A DNA stretch of 36,741 nt from a bacterium. GTDB taxonomy: Bacteria > SZUA-182 > DTGQ01. Shown piece by piece: positions 25,742-35,438 of the stretch; positions within the stretch are counted from its first letter, which is position 1, and each line of letters opens with the position of its first letter. A model generated the notes under the pieces. The model was not told the DNA's origin. It saw only the letters and a list, made by a program, of their open reading frames with translations, and did not search any database. The position numbers were made by a program, and so were the translations under genes. The stretch is from contig JBFMGO010000051.1 of NCBI GenBank assembly GCA_040752695.1, forward strand, positions 1 to 36,741. The letters are read 5' to 3'.

Positions 25742-25866
25742 GGTGGACAAGCCTAAAGCCGCACGGGTAGCTGGATAAGCCTAAATCTGCCTGAGAGGCT
25801 GGACAAGCCCAAACCGCCAACAAGGTGGCCGGATAAGCAACCGCCGGATAGCCGGACAAGCGCAAA
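25742..25866. repeat. Degenerate ~23-30-bp tandem array, 5 units
   Basis: Core G(C/G)(T/C)GGA(C/T)AAGC(C)-AAA recurs five times with short variable tails. Confidence 0.7.
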
Positions 25867-25887
25867 CTTCTATAAAGGCACCAACCA

Positions 25888-25969
25888 CTCCCCCTTGTGT
25901 AAAGGGAAGATTTTCAGCAAAGGAACACACCTTACACCCCCTTTTCCAAAAGGGGAGGGAGGGATTTGA
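25888..25969. repeat. REP-like paired palindromes (CCCCTT..AAGGGG family)
   Basis: CTCCCCCTTGTGTAAAGGGAAG and CCCCTTTTCCAAAAGGGGAGGGAGGGATTT. Confidence 0.6.
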
Positions 25970-26089
25970 TTTTTGCAATTTGATCAGATGGTAACCGGCT
26001 ATAACCACCTATTAATTACCGATAGCCACTACTACACTAACTACTAACCATTGGCTATTGGCCTATTATAGTATGGAGAGTAAAAAAAA

Positions 26090-27130
26090 ATGTGGAATGA
26101 GATCAAAACCCGGCATCTGCTCCGCCTGCCAGCCAGCGAGCGATCCGGACCGATTGGGGACACAGTGATCACCACCTTCAACGTTGAGAACCTTCTCGAT
26201 CTGGCAACGAATCCCCTCGCTGGTGGATGGGATGAAAGAGGTGTGATGACGCCTGAGCGGATCGAAATGAAACTGACCAAGCTGGCACTGGCCATCCGGC
26301 TGGAGCTCAGGCGGCCTGAGATCATTATCATCCAGGAGGCAGGGAGCACCGGCATTCTGCAAAACCTTGCCAATCGGGTGAATGCTGCTGTCAGCACTGC
26401 CTATATGGCGACATCATGCAAGACAAGCGATAAGCGCGGTCTCGAGGTCGGGTTCCTGTGGGACTCCTCCCGTGTGGAATTGCTCGAGGTTTCCCAGCTT
26501 TGCGGCCCCGATGTGGAATCGGCTTTCGGCCTCAGCAGCCCAAGCCCGGGTCGGGAGCCGCTGATAGGAATCTTCAAAACCAAAGGAAAGCGCTTGACCA
26601 TTGTCGGCGTTCATTTTAAAAGCATGCTTGGCGATGATCCTGTATCTGGCACAAATGGCCCGATTGTCAGTGTTACCGAGATCCAGCGAAAAGCCCAGGC
26701 CAGAGTGGTCCGCAATTTCGTGAACTCCATTCTGGATCATGATCCGCAAGCCCTGCTCATGGTAGCCGGAGACCTCAATGATTGTCAGTTTGTAAGATCG
26801 GATGGAAATGGGGATAGAAACGGGGATGGAAGTGCGGATGGACGTACGGATTACCCCGTGGCTATCCTTGAAGGCGGACCTGGAGAGGTGCCACTCACCA
26901 ATTTGATAACCCTGAGGGAGAAAAAAGATGGCACTTTTACTTTTATTCATGATATCCGCGCCCAAATGCTCGACCATATGCTGGTCAGCCCTGCCCTCCT
27001 GAAGCTTTTCGTTGCTGTAGATATCCTTCACTTCAATGCCGGATTTCCTCTCGATTTGAGCGAAGATACCAGCACCACTCGCCGTGCCTCAGATCACGAT
27101 CCTCTGGAAGGGCGATTCAATTTCAAATAA
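26090..27130 (+). CDS. Endonuclease/exonuclease/phosphatase (EEP) family protein
   Basis: Motifs TFNVEN, IQE, HFKS, GDLND, LDHMLVS and SDHDP; GGAG RBS. Confidence 0.9.
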   Translation: MWNEIKTRHLLRLPASERSGPIGDTVITTFNVENLLDLATNPLAGGWDERGVMTPERIEMKLTKLALAIRLELRRPEIIIIQEAGSTGILQNLANRVNAAVSTAYMATSCKTSDKRGLEVGFLWDSSRVELLEVSQLCGPDVESAFGLSSPSPGREPLIGIFKTKGKRLTIVGVHFKSMLGDDPVSGTNGPIVSVTEIQRKAQARVVRNFVNSILDHDPQALLMVAGDLNDCQFVRSDGNGDRNGDGSADGRTDYPVAILEGGPGEVPLTNLITLREKKDGTFTFIHDIRAQMLDHMLVSPALLKLFVAVDILHFNAGFPLDLSEDTSTTRRASDHDPLEGRFNFK

Positions 27131-27191
27131 CCTTCCCCCGTAGAAAGTTACAGGAGGCGATAAGATAATGAAAATTGAGGTGAAATCATGA

Positions 27192-27259
27192 AGTACTTCA
27201 ATCTCCTCTTCTCAGATGGCAGTACTTCAATCTCCTCTTCTCAGACTCCTCTTCTCAGA
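27192..27259. repeat. Direct repeats at the glycosyltransferase 3' end
   Basis: 25-bp AGTACTTCAATCTCCTCTTCTCAGA at 27192 and 27221. The 14-bp core CTCCTCTTCTCAGA occurs three times and spans the stop codon. Confidence 0.9.
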
Positions 27260-28530
27260 TAATGGTGAAAAGCCTCGACTGCCCTTTCGACGCCCGCTTC
27301 AGCCCTGATTTTTTGGCCCAGGGCGGCAGCACACTCCTGCATTCTCCTGCTGGTGGTAGCGATGCGGATAGCGTCAGCCAGCCGCTCTACCGATAGACGG
27401 CAGTAGGGTATGGGATGGGGCCCCACTCCTAATTCAACAACCCGCTGTCCCCAAAAAGGCTGATCAGCCATGGCCGGAGTAATAATCGAAGGAACACCTG
27501 CCCTCAGACCTGCGGCTACGGTGCCTGCGCCGCCGTGATGCACCACGGCAGCCATCTGCGGAAAGAGCCAATCATGAGGGCTTGACTCAATTCTGATCAC
27601 TCCATCCGGCAGATCAGCCTCACCCAGACCGGTCCATCCCGCCTGCAAGATCCCCCGCCGGCCTGTACGAATCAATGCTTCCAGTGCCATTTCAGTCACT
27701 TTTCCGGAATTTTGATCAATCATACTGCCAAAGCCAATGTATACCGGAGGCGGGCCTTCAGCCAAAAAATCCACGAGGTCTCCAGGAGGACGCCACTCGG
27801 GCGGGTAATTCAAAAACCAATAACCGGTAACATGGAGCCAATCGGGCCAATCCGGCGGCTTCGGGACCACGGACGGACTGTATCCATACAGAAATGGCAA
27901 GTGCGGCTTCCTCCGTCCGCTATAAGGATTGGCAAGGGTGAGCGGTGGAAGACTTAAGGTTTCCTGTCGCCATCGGTTGAACTGCTGCCGGTAAAGCTGC
28001 CAAAAGAACTGTTCGAAGAGAATATGGGTCAGCCAGTTAAAAGTACTTCCCAGGCGAATCCCGGCAGGCAATAACAGGCTGGGAAAGGCACAAGTACGGC
28101 TCTGGGGCTGGAGCGGTGCCATAAAACATGGTATGCGCAATTTCTCGGCAATGTGATAACCTGCCTTCGCGGTCGGAGAAAAGATAATTGCTTCGGTTCC
28201 CTGACAGGCACGCCAGCAATCGGTCAAAAGACGCTCTACGCGCAGCCCTAAAGCACGGACAAAGGGACAAAAAGCAAGCGCATAGGTGCTCATGAAACGA
28301 ATCGGATCACGAATGGATTCCAGGCGAGCTTGCCCTTCCTCTCCTGAAAAAACCTCCCGAGGGTCGCCCCCCACGGCAACAGGAGTCAACCCGCGGCTCC
28401 TGACCAGGTCATGATAGACTGTCTGGGTGGCTATAGCAACATCATGGCCAGCAGCTTGAAGTCCCATCCCCAGGGAAATATAAGGCTGCACATCGCCTTG
28501 TGAGCCAACCGCCAGAATTGAAATGCGCAT
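27241..28530 (-). CDS. GT1-family glycosyltransferase (sterol 3-beta-glucosyltransferase-like)
   Basis: Motifs GSQGDVQP, PPVYIGFGSM, PHDWLFP, HHGGAGT and DQPFWG. Confidence 0.93.
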   Translation of the reverse strand: MRISILAVGSQGDVQPYISLGMGLQAAGHDVAIATQTVYHDLVRSRGLTPVAVGGDPREVFSGEEGQARLESIRDPIRFMSTYALAFCPFVRALGLRVERLLTDCWRACQGTEAIIFSPTAKAGYHIAEKLRIPCFMAPLQPQSRTCAFPSLLLPAGIRLGSTFNWLTHILFEQFFWQLYRQQFNRWRQETLSLPPLTLANPYSGRRKPHLPFLYGYSPSVVPKPPDWPDWLHVTGYWFLNYPPEWRPPGDLVDFLAEGPPPVYIGFGSMIDQNSGKVTEMALEALIRTGRRGILQAGWTGLGEADLPDGVIRIESSPHDWLFPQMAAVVHHGGAGTVAAGLRAGVPSIITPAMADQPFWGQRVVELGVGPHPIPYCRLSVERLADAIRIATTSRRMQECAAALGQKIRAEAGVERAVEAFHHYLRRGV

Positions 28531-28801
28531 GATCCCCCTTGCAAGGTAGTCTTAAGGCCCACCGTCAATTTATCATCTTATTCTTCAGCTTCAGACCGCT
28601 GGTGTACTGAGGCAATACAGGCTCAAATGCTGTCGCTGTGTCTTCTGTATTCATCATCCTGTATTCTTAATCCCCTCTCTTATAATTATTTTTTGTACCA
28701 CCTTGCTGTCTGTATTTGATAAAATCTGCACCTTGTTTCGGTTATATCTCTGCGAATTAACGACGTATAGGATGTATAGAATGATCTCTGCCGCAATCTA
28801 T

Positions 28802-28851
28802 AATGCCTGACAGGGTGAACAGTGTCGCACTCTAAATGCCTGACAGGGTGA
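28802..28851. repeat. 17-bp direct repeat
   Basis: AATGCCTGACAGGGTGA at 28802 and 28835. Confidence 0.85.
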
Positions 28852-29176
28852 TCAGTCGGATTGCAAAGGAGAACCGGATACTAAACTCTTGTGAGATGAT
28901 AATATGCGGGAATGCTGGAACACAGGAATATGCGGGATACGGGCATAATGAGATACAGGCATGATGAGACGTATGGAATGAAGGGATGATGGCACGATGG
29001 GACGATGGGATGATAGTGATGATGGTACAAAGGGCTGATGGCATGAAGGGAAGAAAAGAAACAAAGATGACGGGATTGATGCTGTATTAGTTAAACACCA
29101 ATACTAATGAGCCATCCTTCTCATAACGTGCGTTATAGAAGGATTACTCCGGGCATTTTATGGCTTTTTTCGCCTT

Positions 29177-29563
29177 TTAGATCAAGGCACTGATCAGGCT
29201 CTGGAAGGCAGCCTTTACCATAACCTGAGCCAGGTTCTCGACCAGTTTTTTGCCCAGTTCCTCAGCCAGTACCCGATGGACAGAGATAGCACTTTCCGCC
29301 GGCACATCCTGAGTGTTTTCGCTCTCCTTCAGATAGCCTAGAGTTTTTAAGGCATCGATGATTTTAGCTTGGCTGATTCGTTTATAATCATAAAGAACCA
29401 GAACATTGCCCGTGGTTGGATTTGCCTTAACATGCTCGACTCTATCAAGTTTTAGGAGACAGCGCTCAAGTTCAGATGCCTTGACAGTAGATCCTTTTAC
29501 CTGAGTAATCTTAATACGCAGCCGACCGTTAAGCGAATGAAAATAAGGTGAAGAGATTTGCAT
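29177..29563 (-). CDS. HMA2-like domain protein
   Basis: YFHSLNGRLRIK...VEHVKANPTTGNVLVLYD; AAAGGAGG RBS. Confidence 0.82.
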   Translation of the reverse strand: MQISSPYFHSLNGRLRIKITQVKGSTVKASELERCLLKLDRVEHVKANPTTGNVLVLYDYKRISQAKIIDALKTLGYLKESENTQDVPAESAISVHRVLAEELGKKLVENLAQVMVKAAFQSLISALI

Positions 29564-29893
29564 GATTCTTGCCTCCTTTTCCTGCCAAGTGTTACATGGT
29601 AATGAAAGTTCAGGATTAAATTAATGTATATGCTCTAAACCTTTTCAGTTTGTAGTATACCGGATTAAGGTTAAAAATGAGTAATAGTTGTGTTAAAAAT
29701 GTGTTAGAATTCTCTGCCGGATATTTTAAGGGAAAGTCTCAACTGCCGATTGAGTGCAGGCGCAAGAACTATCCGATCATTTGTCGTGCTCTGAATCCCC
29801 CTTACCCCTGACATCTCTCCCCAAAAGGGGAAAGATGGCTAATCAGCCGCGTATTTTTAACGCGGCCCGCATTAGGTGTGTATAATGACCAGT

Positions 29894-29920
29894 TCCCCCC
29901 TTTACCAAAGGGGGAAATTT
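29894..29920. repeat. REP-like palindrome
   Basis: TCCCCCCTTTACCAAAGGGGGAAATTT; a companion copy lies at 29794-29835. Confidence 0.65.
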
Positions 29921-29951
29921 TAGCCCCTGATGGGCCGGCATCCTTGCCCTC

Positions 29952-29980
29952 TTGACAAAAGAAGGAGTGATAGGTACTTT
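29952..29980 (+). promoter_or_regulatory. Putative sigma70 promoter
   Basis: TTGACA-N17-TACTTT. Confidence 0.55.
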
Positions 29981-29982
29981 AA

Positions 29983-30091
29983 AAAAGGATGACAGGGGAA
30001 CCGTAGTTTGGCAGGGGATCTGGAGCCGTAATAAGTGGAAACCGCTCGACGGAATAAATGCCGCATTGAAATGCCCTGTCAGGAACCTTTT
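29983..30091 (+). ncRNA. Candidate structured small RNA or leader (family not recognised)
   Basis: Begins just after the promoter. Nested stems AAAAGG/CCTTTT, TGACAGGG/CCCTGTCA, GGCA/TGCC, CCGT/ACGG and AGTGG/CCGCT. Confidence 0.35.
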
Positions 30092-30493
30092 ATACGCTGA
30101 TGCCGCTGAGTTATTTATTTACGACTTTTTATACTATGGTATATGCTCCGTGCCTGTGGTATAGTATTATCCTCACGGTTAACCTCCTACGATGTAATGC
30201 GTTTAACCTTGTGATGCGCTTAACCTTGTGATGTGTTTAACCTCCGGCGATATGAAAACGGTTAACCTGTCACGCAGTGAATTTACGGCCCAGGTGGTTT
30301 TACTCTAGACACAAAGCAGAAGGAATCCCTGAAAAAATACGCCCGGCAATCGATAGGCCGGTAAACTTTAATAGACAATCAGTGTAAGACTGGCTCTATT
30401 ATCATCAAATCATGAGCATATCATCAGATCATGAACAACAAATAATTGACAAGCATAAATGACAAGCAAAATTGAAGCGGAGGAATACCATAC

Positions 30494-31504
30494 ATGAGGA
30501 TATTAGTAACCGGTGGAGCAGGGTACATTGGCAGCCATACATGCCTGGAGCTGTTGCAGGCCGGATACGAGGTTACTGTTGTAGACAACCTGTCTAACAG
30601 CAAGGAAGAATCTTTGACAAGAGTCCAGGAACTTGCCGGTAAGCCGCTTACGTTTCACAAGGTCGATTTGCTCGACAAGGAGGCCCTGTCCGCCGTTTTT
30701 AACCATTCGAAAGCTGATGCGGTGATTCACTTTGCCGGTCTGAAGGCTGTCGGAGAATCTGTGGCCATGCCTTTGCGTTACTATCGCAATAATGTTACCG
30801 GAACGCTGGTGCTCCTGGAAGTTATGGCCAGGCATGAGGTTAAGAACCTGGTTTTCAGTTCATCCGCCACTGTTTATGGAGATCCTTCCACGGTTCCGAT
30901 TACCGAGGATTTTCCACTCTCCCCGACCAATCCCTATGGCCGGTCGAAACTGATGATTGAGGAGATCCTGCGGGACTTGCACCGCGCGGAAGAGTCCTGG
31001 AATATCGCTCTCTTGCGTTATTTCAATCCGGTAGGGGCGCACCCCAGTGGACGTATCGGAGAAGACCCGAACGGAATCCCGAATAATCTTCTTCCTTATA
31101 TCACCCAAGTTGCAATCGGCAGGCTCTCTCAACTCTCAGTGTTCGGAGATGATTATCCAACCCGCGACGGGACAGGCATTCGGGACTATATCCATGTTGT
31201 TGATCTGGCTGTCGGCCACATCAGGGCACTGGAGAAACTTGCCTCAAATCCCGGCGAAGTTACCTATAACCTTGGCACTGGCCGGGGATACAGCGTCCTG
31301 GAGGTAGTATCGGCATTTGAGAGTGCATCAGGAAAAAAGATACCCTGCAAGATTGTTGACCGCCGGCCAGGGGACATCGCCACCTGCTATGCCGACCCGT
31401 CAAAAGCTGAAAAAGACTTGGGCTGGTCCGCGACTCTCGGCATTCATGAAATGTGTGCCGATGCCTGGCGCTGGCAGTCCGCCAACCCGGATGGATATGA
31501 GTGA
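30494..31504 (+). CDS. galE: UDP-glucose 4-epimerase
   Basis: Motifs [44 protein letters not shown] and [18 protein letters not shown]. Confidence 0.97.
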   Translation: MRILVTGGAGYIGSHTCLELLQAGYEVTVVDNLSNSKEESLTRVQELAGKPLTFHKVDLLDKEALSAVFNHSKADAVIHFAGLKAVGESVAMPLRYYRNNVTGTLVLLEVMARHEVKNLVFSSSATVYGDPSTVPITEDFPLSPTNPYGRSKLMIEEILRDLHRAEESWNIALLRYFNPVGAHPSGRIGEDPNGIPNNLLPYITQVAIGRLSQLSVFGDDYPTRDGTGIRDYIHVVDLAVGHIRALEKLASNPGEVTYNLGTGRGYSVLEVVSAFESASGKKIPCKIVDRRPGDIATCYADPSKAEKDLGWSATLGIHEMCADAWRWQSANPDGYE

Positions 31505-31615
31505 TGATAAGGGTATGAGTGATGGCCAATTGGGTATGATTGATGGCTATGGGTATGTGCAATGGCCATGGGTATGAACAATGGCCGTTTAGGTATGTGC
31601 AATGGATATGGACAT
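31489..31615. repeat. Degenerate ~18-21-bp repeats starting in the galE 3' end
   Basis: GATGG(A/C)TATG(A/G)GT(A)TG-type units repeated about 6 times. Confidence 0.75.
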
Positions 31616-31795
31616 GTTTCTCAACCCACTCTGGTCCGGTATCTGATCACCAGTTTCGTGCAGGAGGATTGGGTAAAAGAGATTGACTTCACTCGCATGG
31701 AGAAACTTGACAAGGAGTTCATCGGAGAGGAATATCAAAAAAGGGAATCGGATATCATCTACAGGGTAAGCTATCGGGGAAGTGATGCCTATCTC
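31614..31795 (+). pseudogene. Rpn-family (PD-(D/E)XK putative transposase/nuclease) N-terminal fragment
   Basis: (MF)SQPTLVRYLITSFVQEDWVKEIDFTRMEKLDKEFIGEEYQKRESDIIYRV. Similarity ends abruptly at about 31795. Confidence 0.8.
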
Positions 31796-32737
31796 TCTAC
31801 CGGCACTATGGTGAAAATCCGCGGTCCATCCTTTGACTCACTGGCTATGGCCTGCATGATCATCATGACATAATTGGCTATACGGCTTTCCAGCCCTTCG
31901 AACTCCTCTTTGAATTCCTCCATTACCTGTGCAAAGCCATGGTCTATCTTTGCCTCTATCCGGTCAAGCTGCTCGCGCGGATTCTCCTGCTCGAAGCCGT
32001 AGAGTAAATCTACAATTTTCTGCGGCTGGCGGCAGACCTGGCAGGGAATTTTATCATAGCCTTGCTCAAGAAACTGCTGTAGCGCATCAATATCAAAACG
32101 GGCATGGCATGGTTTGCCGTTCGGCCTGGTAGTCTGGCAGGGGACAGCAAAGTAATACCGGTCTTTCAGCCCGGGCCAGTTATCTGTAATGAGCTTGTGC
32201 AGCGTCTGCTTCAGTACATTCATGAAGAATTGCGGCCAAACCGCTTCAGCATAAAGATGAAACTCCCGCTCACGCAATTCCAGCATGGCCTCACCGTGCC
32301 CTTTGGTATGGACGCGCCCTCTGCCGCTGTCGTGCCCCCTATCGCTATCGTGTCCTCTGGTGTCAGCATGTCCCTTGGTGCGGTTATGCCTTTCGCTACA
32401 GTCGCGGCCCCTGTTGCAGAGGAACATTCCCTTTTGCCAGTGCAGCCTGTGGATCTTGCCGTCCGCGTTACATTGCTCGTATGCGTACTCATGGGTTCGT
32501 ACAATCATCCAGGGAACGAGGCCGGGCGGCTCTCCCCGTCCATCACGCAGACCATAGCCAGCCCGCGCATGCAGGGCGAAGGCTCATCCTCCGGCAGCCA
32601 TGGCAATCCGGGCCGCACCTGAGGCACATGCTGTGCCACAAGGCTCGCGTCTCCCTCTTTCAGCCGGTACGATACATCGTCTGCCCCTTGCTTGCGGTCA
32701 GTCCTATAATTTCAAGCAGTTTTTTGTTCGACATCAT
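31792..32737 (-). pseudogene. Roco-type (LRR-Roc-COR) gene remnant: N-terminus joined to the COR/C-terminal region
   Basis: AAGGA RBS and MMSNKKLLEIIG..SKGQT (LRR N-cap-like) run into DVSYRL...SLVAQHVP..RP.LPW...MVCVMD. After a frameshift near 32532: EPPGLVPWMIVRTH...HWQKGMFL...WPGL..VPC...C..C...GPRIFT. The 3' end is truncated. Confidence 0.72.
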
Positions 32738-33050
32738 ATGATGTATCCTTAATCCATGCCGCGTGAATTACACGACCAGTTAGTGGACAAACTTTTACTT
32801 AAGAGTGTCCGCTTTCGCACCCTTCCCATTATTTTTATATACTTCAAGGTATCACGTATGAGCGCCAGTCAATTCAGAATGAAATATATTGAAATTTTAT
32901 GGGATAGAGTGGATTATTACAAGAGATAAATATATCAGGGTACAGATAAAATGCAAAGGGAAGGATGCTGGCCACCTTTGTCTCAATAATGCTGTGAGGT
33001 TAATCTTCATTGTTGAGCAAGAGCCCCGTCTGTACCTTAGTACTTTACAT

Positions 33051-35240
33051 TCAATGACTTTGCTCCTTGCCGCCCAATACAAGGGTCTCGCCTATGGCAG
33101 GCAGTTTAAAGGGGAGGGAGGTATTAGGCTGAATCTTCAGCCAGACCAGAGAAGGGTCCTCCAGGGGCGTGGAAAAGCGGTATCTGACCTCTTGCGGCCA
33201 TCCTTCGTGAGCCAGTTTCATCACCTCAACCGCCATACCTGGCAGTTCGATAAGGCTTCCAACAGGCAGGGGATGGTCACCGTCTCGGAAGAAGGTCCAG
33301 ACATATCCCCCTTCGGGCTCGACAATCAGGGTGCACTCGTCAGGTCTGGATATACGGATCGGCACCGTAAAACCCCGGTCGGAGGCCAGGGTTATCATAT
33401 GCATGGGAATTGGTTGTCCCTTTAATGCCCTGGTGATGAGAAGATATGTAGAGTAAAACCCCGATGCATTCACTGTTACTACCGTTTTACCGGAAACCGT
33501 GTCATCCAAAGGTGCTGTCTCCAGGCACTGGATTTGGGCCCGGCTCCAGACTGAGAAGCCGTATATTTTGAGCGGCCACAATAGAGCTGCAAGGATAAGA
33601 TGGATGATAATGATGAAGAAGCAAATCACATAAGCGAGAGCACGACCAGCACATCGAGCACGATGAGTACGGTGAGCGTGGTTTGCACGGCCACCATGGT
33701 GAGCGCGGTTTGCACGTTGAGTACCGCGAGCACCATGTGCATCATGCGCGTCATACGCATCATGCGCATCATGATGGTTGGCAGGCTGAGCATAGTTGGC
33801 AGGTTGTGCATGGCGAGTGTCTCGATCATGATCTGAACCTTGGGTTTGGGTGCAGTAAAGGGTGTTTTGAAGAGAGGGTGATGACGTTGTCTTCAGGGAG
33901 TTACTCAAGGCAAACATAAGCTGGGCCAGGAGGCCCATGGCTCCAAGGCCGATGAAAAATAATATGCGCTCGTTGGGGAGACTGGTGCATGCAGGCACTA
34001 CTGCCAGCATCATACCGGAAAACCAAAACCAGGCCAGGCGATCCCGCCATAACCAGGCCGCTATGAGGAGGAAAAAGACGGTCAGGAAGGTGGCTTCCCA
34101 CGGCCTCATGATAATCAGACCCAGGGAGTCTGGTACACTGAGAGAGAATTGGCCAAGGAGCAGTTTCGGCGCGCTTGCGATGGTATTTTTGAGGAACCGG
34201 TACGGTGAGAGGAGAGGATCTATGTACCAATCAGGACCCCAAACCCCATACCCGCCTGCTCTATACATCATACGCCAGACCGCCGTTACCAGAGCATACG
34301 GCACAAGGCTTGCCGCTCTTTTTTGCCAGTAGTCATGATCGAGGAATAAAGCGTAGGTCAGCAGGTATCCGCAGACAGCGACAGCCGCCTCTTTGGCAAG
34401 GAGCGCTGCTCCAAGGCACAAGGCAGCGAAGATGCAGTCTTTTGGCCTTTGATCCTTTCTCCACCGGTCATGAAAGATTATTGCTGTCACTCCGAAAAAA
34501 ACAGCTATGAGCACATTTCGATTGGCCAGCCAACTGGCCGGTATCGCATGCACATCGTCGATCGCATAGAGAAGTGCTGCCAGGCCAGCTACCCACGGGA
34601 CACCGATGAGCCGCCGATAGAAAATCGTGACCATTACTATGGCAGCTCCAAGCCAAAGCAGGCTGTGCAGGTGCATCGTGAAAAGTGAATTGGGCCAAAG
34701 CCTGTAGTCGAGCCAATGAGTGAAGGCGCTTACCGGCCGCCAAAAGGCTAATTTTACCTTGTCAAACGCCCACCAGGGAATTAAACCCTTGTCAATATAG
34801 TACCGCATTTGGCTAGGGTCGCCATTAAGAAAAGAGAAAATATCCATTGACGGCCTTGCCAGTTTGCCGGAGAAGGGTAATCCGTGAGGGATAAGGTGAA
34901 TGGGCCAGCCTTGGACGGTTATTTTATGGAAGTAATCATCTAATGCCAAACCGCTCCACAGGGATTGGATGGACAGAAGCATCGAGATTGCTGCCAATGC
35001 AAAGGGCAGATACTGATGAGCCAGCCACAGATTTCCATAACGGGTCACCAAGCCCTTACAGCGACTTGTGAGCCCTGAGCTCTTACAGAGATTCATGAAT
35101 CCTGGACCCTTACAGCGATTCATGAGCTCTGGCCGGTCGGTACTGGATTGCCCTCTTTCTGAATCCCCCCTCACCTGCCAAGGGGCTCCTTGCCAGTTCT
35201 CTCCCCAAAGAGGGGCGAGGGAGGTTAAATGGATGCGCAT
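33051..35240 (-). CDS. Polytopic membrane protein, GT-C/PMT-like glycosyltransferase
   Basis: LDDY after the first TM helix, FWRPVS...LDY, HLHSLLW, WLANRN, LLAKEAAV and ERILF; many hydrophobic helices. The start is probably at 35123 or 35096, because the 5' extension runs through a REP-like element. Confidence 0.82.
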   Translation of the reverse strand: MRIHLTSLAPLWGENWQGAPWQVRGDSERGQSSTDRPELMNRCKGPGFMNLCKSSGLTSRCKGLVTRYGNLWLAHQYLPFALAAISMLLSIQSLWSGLALDDYFHKITVQGWPIHLIPHGLPFSGKLARPSMDIFSFLNGDPSQMRYYIDKGLIPWWAFDKVKLAFWRPVSAFTHWLDYRLWPNSLFTMHLHSLLWLGAAIVMVTIFYRRLIGVPWVAGLAALLYAIDDVHAIPASWLANRNVLIAVFFGVTAIIFHDRWRKDQRPKDCIFAALCLGAALLAKEAAVAVCGYLLTYALFLDHDYWQKRAASLVPYALVTAVWRMMYRAGGYGVWGPDWYIDPLLSPYRFLKNTIASAPKLLLGQFSLSVPDSLGLIIMRPWEATFLTVFFLLIAAWLWRDRLAWFWFSGMMLAVVPACTSLPNERILFFIGLGAMGLLAQLMFALSNSLKTTSSPSLQNTLYCTQTQGSDHDRDTRHAQPANYAQPANHHDAHDAYDAHDAHGARGTQRANRAHHGGRANHAHRTHRARCAGRALAYVICFFIIIIHLILAALLWPLKIYGFSVWSRAQIQCLETAPLDDTVSGKTVVTVNASGFYSTYLLITRALKGQPIPMHMITLASDRGFTVPIRISRPDECTLIVEPEGGYVWTFFRDGDHPLPVGSLIELPGMAVEVMKLAHEGWPQEVRYRFSTPLEDPSLVWLKIQPNTSLPFKLPAIGETLVLGGKEQSH
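33640..33835. repeat. In-frame degenerate 9/18-bp repeats encoding a His/Ala/Arg-rich insert
   Basis: Encodes HAQPANYAQPANHHDAHDAYDAHDAHG...RAHHGGRANHAHRTHRAR. Confidence 0.8.
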
Positions 35241-35438
35241 TTAACGCAGCCTGTGCAATAGAACGGTCGGGTATGATAACGGTAACGGTACAGGTGAACC
35301 TATCCCAAAATAGAATTCAATGTTAAAAATCCCCCTATTCTCCTTTCGGGATTGAGGAAGGGAGGATATCCTTTGTAAAAATCCCCCGTCATCCTTAAGA
35401 AAAGTATTCTTATTTTCGGGTTCTTGCACACCCTCCCT

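Noticed and set aside
29952..30164. 70-aa ORF
   Set aside because: Its TTG start coincides with the -35 box, there is no RBS, and the region is better explained as a promoter plus structured RNA.
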